Assembly: GCA_965203175.1 (NCBI GenBank)
Contig: OZ241867.1
Span: 896,001 to 960,000 of the forward strand
DNA: 64,000 nt
DNA from: Candidatus Latescibacterota bacterium
GTDB lineage: Bacteria; Latescibacterota; UBA2968; UBA8231
Direction of reading: 5' to 3'
Below, one piece after another: positions 36,701-45,285 of this stretch (positions within the stretch are counted from its first letter, which is position 1; each line of letters starts with the position of its first letter). The position numbers were made by a program, and so were the translations under genes. Under the pieces are notes generated by a model. That model made no database searches. It had not been told where the DNA came from and saw nothing but the letters and a program-made list of their open reading frames with translations.

Positions 36701-37221
36701 CCCTCGTGATGGACCGACTGCGCGAGCTTGCCGTACATATACAAAGCGGCAATACCGACGACTGGAGTCAGTACTGGAACGAACCACACGGGCAGATTCC
36801 CACTCCGAAGCACGAAGACCGCTGCCGGGATATGTTACTTTCGGCTCTACAAGTACGTCTGCGTCTCCTGCAAGGAGTCGATGCCCAACCCGAGGGACAG
36901 TACGCCAATGATAAGAGAGCCGACATACGAGTTTCATACGGAGATTTTCAGGTGCCGGTAGAAATCAAAAGGAACATGAAACGCGATCTCTGGAGCACAC
37001 CGAGAAACCAATTGATCGCCCAGTACACGATTGACCCGAACACAGACGGCTACGGCATCTACTTAGTATTCTGGTTCGGCAAAGACCGCACGCAGCCACC
37101 TCCCTCCGGCACCCGCCCCGCTAACTCCGAAGAGCTAAAAAAACGACTAGAAGCGACCCTACCGCCCGACGAAGCGCGCAAAATCTCAGTCTGCGTGATC
37201 GACGTAAGCCGACCAGACTAA
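33742..37221 (+). CDS. NACHT/STAND NTPase with C-terminal PD-(D/E)xK nuclease-like domain
   Basis: LLGDPGAGKTT, LFIDGLDE, LSCREADW, NPQTLKML, HRHIAEFLGA; C-terminal KHEDRCRD...RADIRV...VPVEIKR; ATGA overlap with the upstream gene. Confidence 0.85.
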   Translation: MSIIVPRTCTEISAENADQHREKESRPLEAFRDTPAYVLLGDPGAGKTTAFEAECEALGEKACLIIARDFLTFDPQSHPEWQDKTLFIDGLDETRVGANDTRTPFDQIRGRLDELGKPHFRLSCREADWLGANDQKHLESVSLDSKVTVLRLNPLTDSDIADILNTRSDIGDAQAFIALAQEQRVYELLKNPQTLKMLADVVAQGGGWPKSRKETFEMACGRMVLEHNEEHQAAQESKSPPAPDRLLDAAGRLCAVQLISGAAGYTLRGQADGEYPTPDQCDYDSHEALRSALATKLFKGVSDNRFAPVHRHIAEFLGARHLAQVIDREPLPARRIIALIAGEDGTVVTEMRGLSAWLAAHCKDARADLIERDPIGVGLYGDIREFSTDEKRALLKCLNREASRLDSAFLKTTAFGALATPDMESLLGEILKGSARDKDHQIFIGFILNVLSESSPLPNLSEILLEIVRDDTWWPGIDISALGAFIKNCPDSQDKTNMLKALLADIQNGSVSGPNTQYFESLIAQQLESAAPDPISRSVSEDLSLEAPQEHARENERITAIDMERLRPSWATPPKSLAKEQEQEEWLNRVRSNKIALCENRATLDLLYRIGFEYFGFFYDFNGDKGLKSIEKWLLGDHGLINAALEGLQGTINREDAPDAEDILGLKEKGRTHYLGLPFLAGLAEVERTTPEDPSQWDDDQIRTALAFYYSTPHADYRPKWYQRLLVACPEIVADVQRQFAVCEFRRSTEHIYKLYELAYDPDHSQVAKHASLPLLRAFPTRCKLKQIQSLDYLLWAAIQHADRASLQEVIEKKLSSNSMNVAQRVHWLAASIIVSPRAHNEILSDVRDRKGRIHHLAKFFFPDDQVRPSLPELRVEVLELLIRLVGSYVGSDKWKEGGLVTPAQRASHLVNDLIQRLAASPTKDASQALAALLADPALSAWSDVLSRAQDAQRITWRDASYRPPTIEQVCQTLNGGTPANPGDLAALVMDRLRELAVHIQSGNTDDWSQYWNEPHGQIPTPKHEDRCRDMLLSALQVRLRLLQGVDAQPEGQYANDKRADIRVSYGDFQVPVEIKRNMKRDLWSTPRNQLIAQYTIDPNTDGYGIYLVFWFGKDRTQPPPSGTRPANSEELKKRLEATLPPDEARKISVCVIDVSRPD

Positions 37222-37233
37222 TCGCAACAATCG

Positions 37234-37626
37234 CTATCCAGCGTTTTCAATCGGCTGGTGGAAGTAGTAACAAAGCCCGTCGGGGGCGACTACGAAGAAA
37301 ACCTGGTATCTCTTTCCATCGCGCTCGTCCACGCGCCAATTGCCCGTCTCGACCCCGTTCGCCTCTATCTCGTCGCGGGCCTTGTGGATGTCATTCACCA
37401 AAATAGCCGCGCCTTCTTGGCTGGCATCGCCGCCATTGACCGCAAACCCGATCTGCACACCGTCGCGTTCGAGAATAACTGTCGGCACGGGATCATCGCG
37501 CCTTTCGACCTCCACGAGTCCAAAGGCCGCGCCGTACCACCTTGCGGTTTGATCGAGGTCTTCCACCGGCAAGGCGAGGATATCCTCGGCATACGGAAAA
37601 GCAGCTTCGTATAGTTTCTCTGTCAT
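37234..37626 (-). CDS. VOC/glyoxalase-family protein
   Basis: LPVEDLDQTARWY..FG and FFVVAPDGLCYYF; start re-assigned to MTEKLYE. Confidence 0.85.
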   Translation of the reverse strand: MTEKLYEAAFPYAEDILALPVEDLDQTARWYGAAFGLVEVERRDDPVPTVILERDGVQIGFAVNGGDASQEGAAILVNDIHKARDEIEANGVETGNWRVDERDGKRYQVFFVVAPDGLCYYFHQPIENAG

Positions 37627-37923
37627 GTCTTGTTCCTCCGACAATAAAAAAGTAAAACGGAATTCTCCCAAAACGATTACTCGATGAGAATTATTGTTAC
37701 CACGTGGGCCACAGCAAGAAAAATAGTTACAGCTCAATAAAAAAATAAAATCCGTAATCTGCCGTACAGTTCGGTTATTGGATAAAAGCGGTTATCGCGG
37801 GCTATGCAACCGGCACTCGACGAGAGCCAGCCAAGGATCAGAAAAACGCTTGACAGAAGGGCGGGAGGTCGAGATTGTTGGCTACCTAATGGTACAGTCG
37901 CAAGCTATGAGAAGGAAAGAAAA

Positions 37924-38673
37924 ATGACGCAGGAAGAAGCCTGGTACTTCCGCCACAACGGCTTCCACCGTGTAGTTCGTCCCCTACCGAGAAAGCTGGT
38001 GGCTCGCCTGAACGCGGTCACGGACGAACAAATCGCGACTCTAGCGGAGCCCGTCGTGTGGGAAACCAGCACCACCTCGCGCACACCCCAAGACGTGCGT
38101 CGTTTGTCGAAAATCCTAGCGCGCGATCCAGTGTATCTCGAAGCAGCGACTCACCCGATCGTACTCAATGCTCTCGCGGGCATACTCGGCGACAACATCG
38201 AACTGCTGACGAACAAACACAACCACATCATGGTGCGGCCACCGAACTCGGCCCCGGTGCCGTGGCACGCCGGCGAGGAGTTGTACGAGCCGACCTTGAT
38301 CACGGCGCTCATTTATTTAGAAGAATCGACCATCGACAACGGCTGTGTGCACCTCATCCCGGGCAGTCACTTGCGGCCTTTCGCAAAGCCGCGCCGCCCC
38401 GGCGGCGACTTCCGGCGCAACCCATTATACCGGCGCTCCCTGCCCGTGCCCATGCCAGCGGGTGGCGTGCTGCTATTCAACGACTGCTGCTTCCACGGAG
38501 CCGACGTCAACCGCAGCAATGGCTCGCGGCGCAGCATGACCCTTGGGTACCGCGCGCACGACTCGCACGACGTGCTGAAGGACGATCCAGAAAAAATCCT
38601 CGTGCGCGGCGAACGGGCCTACACCGGCCATCCCCATCCATTCCCCAACCCGAAGAAAGGGAAGAATCAGTGA
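37924..38673 (+). CDS. PhyH-family Fe(II)/2-oxoglutarate enzyme with non-canonical HxG motif
   Basis: FRHNGF, WHAGE, NGCVHLIPGSH, GGVLLF...FHGA..N.S...RRS. Confidence 0.88.
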   Translation: MTQEEAWYFRHNGFHRVVRPLPRKLVARLNAVTDEQIATLAEPVVWETSTTSRTPQDVRRLSKILARDPVYLEAATHPIVLNALAGILGDNIELLTNKHNHIMVRPPNSAPVPWHAGEELYEPTLITALIYLEESTIDNGCVHLIPGSHLRPFAKPRRPGGDFRRNPLYRRSLPVPMPAGGVLLFNDCCFHGADVNRSNGSRRSMTLGYRAHDSHDVLKDDPEKILVRGERAYTGHPHPFPNPKKGKNQ

Positions 38674-39899
38674 CCACTTGGGAAGAAAACATCCAGCAAG
38701 CGAGAACTGCGGCGCTCGAAATCCTGCAACCGTCCGCGTCGCAGTTGGAGCATGGATTGGCCTTGCACCGCGACGCCATCGTGTGCGAGTCGTACAGCCT
38801 CGGGGTGATAGCACCAATCGACGGCGAGGCCATGGCACAGGCCGTGGAGGCGCGAGCCTCAGAGGTCGAGTTGCAGTACCTGTCGGAGCAGATGCGAATG
38901 ACGCGCTGGGCATACGACGACGAGCTAAAGGCTGAGTATCTGGGAGCCTGGGAGGCGTCCGGGGTGACCTGCGCCTTTCAAAATACTGGCGAGGAGGGCA
39001 ACAACCCCATGCGCATGTTGGGGCGGCTGGCGCACTATACCCATCTGACGGATCGCATGCGCGACCACGTGGCGCGCGCCGCCTTCCCTGACGACATCGT
39101 CGCTGCAAAAGCCGCCGGACGGCACTGCATCTACCAGACGTGTAACGGCGTGCCCCTCCCAGGAGAACAGGCTACGGTCGAGCAGGAACTGCGTTTCATC
39201 AGCCAGTTCTTCGAGCTTGGCTGCCGCATGATGCATCTGACCTACAACCGCCGCAATCCAATAGGCGACGGCTGTGCCGAACCGGCCAACGCCGGTCTGA
39301 GCGACTTTGGCCGTGCCGTGATCGCCGAGATGAACAAAGTCGGCGTGATTGCCGATGTGGCCCACTCCGGCTGGCAGACCTGCCTAGACGCAGCCGAGGT
39401 GTCGCAAAAGCCAATCGTCGCCAGCCATTCGGCCTGCGCGGCCCTGAACTACCACCATCGCTGCAAGCCGGACGAGGTGATGCGGGCAATAGCCGACAAG
39501 GGCGGAACCGTGGGCATCACCAATGTGCCGGCCTTTATCGGCGGCAGCGGCTGCATCGACGCCATGCTCGACCACATCGACCACGCGGTGCAAGTCGTCG
39601 GCGTCGACCACGTGACGATTGGCACGGATCGACCTTACATTAGCTGCCGCGCCCAAGAAGAGAGCGCCAAGGTACCGGCGCGACCGGGCAACCGCCCGCG
39701 CTGGGAGGCACTGTGGGAAGTCAACGATCCCGTGCAACGCGCAGAGTGGCGTCAGGAGCGCATGTTACAGAGCACGGCGTGGACGAACTTCCCGCTGTTC
39801 ACGGTCGGCATGGTGCAACGCGGTTATGCCGATGACGACATCCGCAAAATCCTCGGCGGCAACATTCTCAGAGTTGCCCGAGAGGTGCTGGGAGAGTAG
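38670..39899 (+). CDS. Membrane-dipeptidase (M19)-like amidohydrolase
   Basis: GTG start overlapping the PhyH stop; HLTYNRRN, GLSDFGRAVIAEMN, DVAH, ASHS, IGTD, KILGGN. Confidence 0.88.
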   Translation: MTTWEENIQQARTAALEILQPSASQLEHGLALHRDAIVCESYSLGVIAPIDGEAMAQAVEARASEVELQYLSEQMRMTRWAYDDELKAEYLGAWEASGVTCAFQNTGEEGNNPMRMLGRLAHYTHLTDRMRDHVARAAFPDDIVAAKAAGRHCIYQTCNGVPLPGEQATVEQELRFISQFFELGCRMMHLTYNRRNPIGDGCAEPANAGLSDFGRAVIAEMNKVGVIADVAHSGWQTCLDAAEVSQKPIVASHSACAALNYHHRCKPDEVMRAIADKGGTVGITNVPAFIGGSGCIDAMLDHIDHAVQVVGVDHVTIGTDRPYISCRAQEESAKVPARPGNRPRWEALWEVNDPVQRAEWRQERMLQSTAWTNFPLFTVGMVQRGYADDDIRKILGGNILRVAREVLGE

Positions 39900-39940
39900 G
39901 GAGCCGACACCTAATCCAGACAAAACGCGTGCGAATTCTT

Positions 39941-40558
39941 ATGAGCAACATCCCCATGCAAATCGACCCTAATACGATTGATACACGACCCGAACTGGTT
40001 TCGTCCAGCGAGGTGCTGGCTTCGGGCCAACGGGTTTATTTTCGCCCTTTGCGCACTGATCAAGCCGCTGAGTTAGGCGCGTACTTCACCGATTTGTCGC
40101 AGGCCACCCGCGGGGTGTACGGGCCGCACCCGTTTGACCAAGAGACGGCCGATGGCTTCTGCGCCGCGTTGGACAGCGCCCACACGCTGCGCATGCTGGC
40201 CTGGGTCGAGGAGGAGGGTATCGAGCGCATTGTGGCGTATTTCGTCGTCGAACTGGGCGTGCGGGGTGGGGACCGCCGGCGTTACGATGCACTGGATTTG
40301 GCCTTACACGACGAAACCGATTGCACCTTGGCCCCTTCCGTGGCCGATGCGTACCAGAGCCAGGGGCTGGGCAGTTTGATGATGCAGCATCTGCTCGGGC
40401 TATTGCCGCGGCTGGGGCGGCAGCGCATGCTGCTGTGGGGCGGAGTACGCGCGGACAATCCCCGCGCCGTCCACTTCTACACCAAATTCGGTTTTCGGCG
40501 CGTGGGCGATTTCGAGGCCGGGGGCACCAACAATTACGACATGATCGCAGACTTGTGA
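39941..40558 (+). CDS. GNAT-family N-acetyltransferase
   Basis: VADAYQSQGLGS motif A; NPRAVHFYTKFGF. Confidence 0.88.
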   Translation: MSNIPMQIDPNTIDTRPELVSSSEVLASGQRVYFRPLRTDQAAELGAYFTDLSQATRGVYGPHPFDQETADGFCAALDSAHTLRMLAWVEEEGIERIVAYFVVELGVRGGDRRRYDALDLALHDETDCTLAPSVADAYQSQGLGSLMMQHLLGLLPRLGRQRMLLWGGVRADNPRAVHFYTKFGFRRVGDFEAGGTNNYDMIADL

Positions 40559-40572
40559 TAAGAGGAGAGGCA

Positions 40573-41385
40573 ATGGCGACGCTACAACTAAAGGTGCAGT
40601 ACTTCCAAGACAGCACGCCTTTAGAAGTGCCCTGCCGCGAGGAAAATTTCGTCGTGCGGGAACTGGATTTTGCCCTGCCAGTCGAGCAGACGGCGCTAGT
40701 ACTAATCGACCTGTGGAACGTGCATCACATCGATAGCTGGATCGAGCGCGCCGAGGCGGTGACTAAGGAAGTGATTGCGCCGCTCATCAGACGAGCGCGG
40801 GAATGCGACCTGACCATCGTGCAGGCACCCAGTCCCGGAGTGCTGGCCAATTTCCCGGATAAGTACGAGGTGTACCAAGGCTGCACGCCCGAGCCTGAAC
40901 CAGGGCCACCGCCGAGTTGGCCGCCGGCTGAGTTCCGCAACCGGCAGGGGGCGTATGCCTGTTTCCGGGGGCCGCGCAACCAAGAGCCGGGCATTGATCT
41001 TTATTGGCAGAGCCTAACAGGGCAACTCGATCTGTCGCCCCATATCGCCGTGGAGGAAGGGGATTTTGTCGTGGGCACCGGCCAGCAACTGCACGATTTG
41101 TGCCAGGAGCGCGGCATTCTGCACTTGCTTTTCGCTGGCTTTGCGACCAACTGGTGTATATTGGGCCGCGATTACGGCGTTCGCGCCATGCGCGGGCGAG
41201 GCTATAACACTATTTTGGTGCGGGACGCCACGGACGGAGTGGAATTTCCCGATACACTAGCGGCGCGGTGGGCCACGGAATTGGCCGTGCGCGAAGTTGA
41301 GCAAGTGCATGGCTTTTCTACCTCGACGGCCGATTTTTACGCCGCCTGCGCCGCCTCAGACTCACAGGAGAGTAAAGCACTATGA
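40573..41385 (+). CDS. Isochorismatase/cysteine-hydrolase family protein
   Basis: TALVLIDLWN, GFATNWC, ILVRDAT; AGGAG RBS before ATG 40573. Confidence 0.8.
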   Translation: MATLQLKVQYFQDSTPLEVPCREENFVVRELDFALPVEQTALVLIDLWNVHHIDSWIERAEAVTKEVIAPLIRRARECDLTIVQAPSPGVLANFPDKYEVYQGCTPEPEPGPPPSWPPAEFRNRQGAYACFRGPRNQEPGIDLYWQSLTGQLDLSPHIAVEEGDFVVGTGQQLHDLCQERGILHLLFAGFATNWCILGRDYGVRAMRGRGYNTILVRDATDGVEFPDTLAARWATELAVREVEQVHGFSTSTADFYAACAASDSQESKAL

Positions 41386-42299
41386 GTGAACCAGTCGTCT
41401 ATCTCAACGATGGCTTCGTCCCAGCTTCCCAGGCCCATCTCAATATCTACGATTTGGGGATCGTACTGGGGGCCACCCTGACCGAAATGACCCGCACGTT
41501 CAGACACGAGCCGTTTCGCTTGGAGGAACACGTGCGGCGGCTTTTGCGCTCGTGTAAATACGCCGGTATCGAGCTGTCACTGGACCACGAAGGATTGGTC
41601 GAATGCACGAGGGACTTGATCCAGACCAATAGCAAGCTGATCGGCCCCGAGCAGGATTTGGGAGTCGTCCACTTTGCAACGCCCGGGGAAAACCAGATCT
41701 ACGCCGGCAGCGCGGGGAAATCGGTGCGCCTGACACCCACGTTGTGCATCCACTCCTTTCCGCTGCCCTTTGCCGTGTGGCGGCCCTATTTTGAGCAGGG
41801 CATTCACGCGGTCACCCCCTCCATCCGCCACGTGCCACCCCAATGCGTTGACCCCAAGACCAAAAACCGCTCGCGCTTGCACTATTGGCTGGCCGACAAG
41901 CAGTCTCAGGCGGTCGATCCCGCTGCTACCTCGCTGCTGCTCGATTTGGACGGCAACCTCACCGAGTGCTCGGGGGCCAACTTCGTCGTGGTAGAAAACG
42001 ACACAATTTTTACGCCCACCAGCCGCAATATCCTAGAAGGGGTGAGTTTGGTGACGCTGCGAGAATTGGCACCCGAGTTGGGGCTGGGCTGGGTCGAGAA
42101 GAATTTACAGCCCTACGACGCGGTCAATGCAGACGAGGCTTGGTTGACCAGCACGCCCTATTGTCTGGCGCCGTGTACGCGCATCAACAATACACCCATT
42201 GGCGACGGGAAGCCTGGCCCTCTGTTCCATCGGGTGATGGAGGCGTGGAGCCAGCGAGTGGGGATGGATATTCTAGAGCAAATAAAAAACGCAGACTGA
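41382..42299 (+). CDS. Class IV (fold type IV) PLP aminotransferase
   Basis: FRLEEHVRRL, KNRSR PLP lysine, ECSGANF, ILEGVS, ADEAWLTST. Confidence 0.9.
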   Translation: MSEPVVYLNDGFVPASQAHLNIYDLGIVLGATLTEMTRTFRHEPFRLEEHVRRLLRSCKYAGIELSLDHEGLVECTRDLIQTNSKLIGPEQDLGVVHFATPGENQIYAGSAGKSVRLTPTLCIHSFPLPFAVWRPYFEQGIHAVTPSIRHVPPQCVDPKTKNRSRLHYWLADKQSQAVDPAATSLLLDLDGNLTECSGANFVVVENDTIFTPTSRNILEGVSLVTLRELAPELGLGWVEKNLQPYDAVNADEAWLTSTPYCLAPCTRINNTPIGDGKPGPLFHRVMEAWSQRVGMDILEQIKNAD

Positions 42300-42323
42300 G
42301 CGGTGGCGCGGGGCGAACGCGGA

Positions 42324-43139
42324 TCAGTCCCAATCGACCTTCTGGTAGCGCTTTAGCAACTGTTGACCTTTTTCGGAGAGCGACTCGTAGGCAGCCTGCG
42401 GCATCTCGATGTTGTGCGCGATGGCGTACCAGTCGCGGCAATAGCAGACGACGAGCTCTGGACGCGGGTCTGGGGTGCGGTTGGGCGTGCCTCGGTGGAG
42501 GGTGCGCACGTCTTGGATCCACATTGATCCCTTTTTGAGGTTGAGGCGGTGGGCCGAGGGGAAGTGGCCCTTGAGGAGAATTTCGTCGTAACGCCCTTCG
42601 AGTTCTGGGTCGGCTATATACTGAGTCGAAGGAAGCACCTCAAAGCTGCCGTTTTCCTCCGAGGTCTCGACCAAGGGAAACTTGACGCCTACTATGGGAA
42701 CGGTTTCGAGGCCGACGTGGGGGATCTCGCGGGCGATGCCGGTGTCGCGGTGCCAGACTTGGAAGGCGCTCTCCGCGCAGGGGGTATTGGAGTGGTAGCA
42801 GGTGATGACGTAGCCGTCGGGGCGCCAGAAGCGATCGAGAAATTCTAAAATGACCGGGTGTTCGTAAATGGCCGGGTCGGCAAAGGGTTCGATCCACGGG
42901 ATGGTCAGGGTGTAGCGGTTGGTCGTCTGCAAGCGTCCCTGGCCGATGCGCGGGTCGCCGAGTTCGACATTAGACACCTCGGTTTCTCGCTCCTGGATGT
43001 GCGCCAGCAGTGGCAGGAATGCCTCGCGGATTCGGTCAATCTTTTCCTCGGGAATCATGTCCTCAAAGACGGCGTAGCCGTTGATCTTGAATTCGGCGAG
43101 CTTGAGGTCGAAATCTACATCGGCGCAGGTGAGGGTCAT
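42324..43139 (-). CDS. PhyH-family dioxygenase
   Basis: FKINGY, WHRD, ENGSFEVLPST, LHRG.PN; start re-assigned to MTLTCAD. Confidence 0.88.
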   Translation of the reverse strand: MTLTCADVDFDLKLAEFKINGYAVFEDMIPEEKIDRIREAFLPLLAHIQERETEVSNVELGDPRIGQGRLQTTNRYTLTIPWIEPFADPAIYEHPVILEFLDRFWRPDGYVITCYHSNTPCAESAFQVWHRDTGIAREIPHVGLETVPIVGVKFPLVETSEENGSFEVLPSTQYIADPELEGRYDEILLKGHFPSAHRLNLKKGSMWIQDVRTLHRGTPNRTPDPRPELVVCYCRDWYAIAHNIEMPQAAYESLSEKGQQLLKRYQKVDWD

Positions 43140-43168
43140 GGCAATCTCCGTTCGTTTTGGTCTTGGTG

Positions 43169-43906
43169 CTACACTGAGTCCCCGGTGCTCCCCTTGAGAC
43201 AGTCCAGCAGTTGCGTGCCTCGGTCCATGAGCAGGTCGAGGTCCGACTTGAAGGTGAGGGCTTGGAAGCCTGCGGCTTTTTTGGCCGCAAAGTCCTCGGG
43301 GGAATACGTATTGCAACAGGGTTTTTTGCCGGCTGCAAGGGTTGTGGTGACAATCCGCTCCATCGCCGCCTGATAGGCGGGGTGCTGCTCGTAGCTGGAG
43401 CGATGGCGCGACAGGCCCATCGATAGCGCGAGGTCAACCGGCCCGACAAAGCAGCCATCGACGCCAGGCAGGGCCATGATTTCTTCGGCTTGCTCAACGG
43501 CGTCAATGTGTTCCATTTGCACTAGCAGCAAGGTCTCGTCATTGGCCTTTTCAAAGTAGTCGTCGCCGTAGTGGAGATAGTGGTCGCCGCCCAGCGAGCG
43601 CACCCCAGTGGGTGGGTACTTGGCGGCGCGGGCGACGGCTTGGGCCTCGGCGAGCGAGTTGACCATGGGCACGACGACCCCGCCCGCTCCTATATCGAGG
43701 GCTTTTTCCACTTCGCCGGGATTGCCGATGGAGGTGCGGATCAAGGGGCGAGCACCAGTCGGGCGGGCGGCGTAGATGCACTCATAGGCGGTTTCCCAAT
43801 TCATCGCACCGTGTTGGAGGTCGAGGACGATCCAGTCCCAGCCCATCAGCCCCAAGTAGCGGGAAATCGCCGGTTGGGGAATGGTCTGCCAGATGCCAAC
43901 ATCCAT
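43169..43906 (-). CDS. HpcH/HpaI aldolase family protein
   Basis: WDWIVLDLQHG, KYPPTGVRS, QMEH, VGPVDLALSMG. Confidence 0.9.
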   Translation of the reverse strand: MDVGIWQTIPQPAISRYLGLMGWDWIVLDLQHGAMNWETAYECIYAARPTGARPLIRTSIGNPGEVEKALDIGAGGVVVPMVNSLAEAQAVARAAKYPPTGVRSLGGDHYLHYGDDYFEKANDETLLLVQMEHIDAVEQAEEIMALPGVDGCFVGPVDLALSMGLSRHRSSYEQHPAYQAAMERIVTTTLAAGKKPCCNTYSPEDFAAKKAAGFQALTFKSDLDLLMDRGTQLLDCLKGSTGDSV

Positions 43907-43909
43907 CGC

Positions 43910-44740
43910 CTAGAGGCCGATCTGCTCGGCGGGCGCGTTGGGCATGCCCGGATGCGAACCGCCAGCGTTCTTAGAGAGGTTGCCGCCGTCTAGGGGCAGC
44001 ATCGCGCCGGTGATCCAAGCCGAGGCGTCCGAGGCGAGAAAAATTGCCGCGCCCTTGATCTCGTCGGAGTCGCCGAGACGACCCATGGGGAGGCCGCGCA
44101 AATAGGTTTCGCCCAGCGTGGAATCCACAGCGATGCGCTCCTTTAGGTCCGCGTTCATTATCTGGGCGCAGACAATGGCGTTGACGCGCACGCCCTTGGC
44201 GGCCCACTCCGTGCTCAACTCGCGGGTCATCTGCGCGGCGGCCCCCATGCCCATGCTGTACGAGAGGTGACTGCGGCCCATGGCATTGATGCCGGCGATC
44301 GACACGAGGTTGATGATGCTGCCGCCATTGCCCGAATCCATCATGCGCCGGCCAGCCTCTTGGCAACAGACCAAGCGACCGACGACGAGATTTTGCAGGG
44401 TAAACTCGACCTCCTCGGGCGTCAGGTCGAGCGGCGTGTTGCGCCGCGCATTGCCGGCCACATTGCCCACGATGTCGATGCGGCCGTATTCTGCATCTAT
44501 TAATTCAAACATGGTGCGGATTTGATCGGGTTGCGACATATCGCACGTCACCGGCAGGACGCGGCGGCCCAAGGCTTCCATTTCGCGGGCCGCCGTGGCC
44601 AAACCGTCGGCATTGATGTCGGCTAAGACGAGGTCGGCTCCCGCTTCGGCAAAGCCGGTAGCCATGGCTTTGCCGAGGCCGCTGGCCGCACCGGAGACCA
44701 AGGCGACGCGGTTGGATAGGTCGAAAAGCGGATGGGACAT
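43910..44740 (-). CDS. SDR oxidoreductase (KduD/Gno-like) with atypical YxxxM active site
   Basis: VSGAASGLG, SIINLVS, YSMGMG in place of YxxxK, GVRVNAI, LDGG. Confidence 0.88.
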   Translation of the reverse strand: MSHPLFDLSNRVALVSGAASGLGKAMATGFAEAGADLVLADINADGLATAAREMEALGRRVLPVTCDMSQPDQIRTMFELIDAEYGRIDIVGNVAGNARRNTPLDLTPEEVEFTLQNLVVGRLVCCQEAGRRMMDSGNGGSIINLVSIAGINAMGRSHLSYSMGMGAAAQMTRELSTEWAAKGVRVNAIVCAQIMNADLKERIAVDSTLGETYLRGLPMGRLGDSDEIKGAAIFLASDASAWITGAMLPLDGGNLSKNAGGSHPGMPNAPAEQIGL

Positions 44741-44871
44741 GACTGCCTCCTGATTTTATTTGGCTCAGAACATAGGGGCGCGGCTAGCAGCGGCCAAGCC
44801 CTGCCGCGCTTGCGGCGATTCGTTCGCCCGCTCTATATTTGCTGCCGCAAATTGAACCTACCGGGGCCGAC

Positions 44872-45273
44872 ATGACCACTGCCATAGACGGCTGGATACG
44901 CCAGTCGCAAGAGAAAATTTTAAACGGCGCGGGCGTTACTTTGCAGGACTTAGACGCGCTGCGAGATCTACAAAACGGCGGACAGCAGCACCTCCTCTAC
45001 ATCTGGGCCGAACAAGACCGCATCGACGCGGGCGTCATCGCGTGGAATTACTTCGGCCCCTTTGATAGCGAGTTCCGCTTCGACCCCAAAAACGAATGTC
45101 CGTATGCCAGCGCGGCTGCGGCCATGGCTGACGGGTGGCGGGTGGTGTCTTTTCCGGGAGTAGAATACCCGCTGGAAAATGCCCACAACCAACTCGGGTT
45201 CGAGTTTATCCTAGAGCGCTACTTCCAGCCCGGCGAGGGGTTGGATCACACGCCGCACGGCCAACGTCAATAA
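44872..45273 (+). CDS. Hypothetical protein (PY..AAMADGWRVV..FEFILE motif)
   Basis: ORF co-oriented 12 nt before PhyH; plausible composition. Confidence 0.65.
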   Translation: MTTAIDGWIRQSQEKILNGAGVTLQDLDALRDLQNGGQQHLLYIWAEQDRIDAGVIAWNYFGPFDSEFRFDPKNECPYASAAAAMADGWRVVSFPGVEYPLENAHNQLGFEFILERYFQPGEGLDHTPHGQRQ

Positions 45274-45285
45274 ACGGAGGGGGCC

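Noticed and set aside
38058-38669. 613-aa ORF suggesting a long N-terminal extension on the dipeptidase
   Set aside because: The extension overlaps the PhyH gene out of frame and is low-complexity; the true start is GTG 38670
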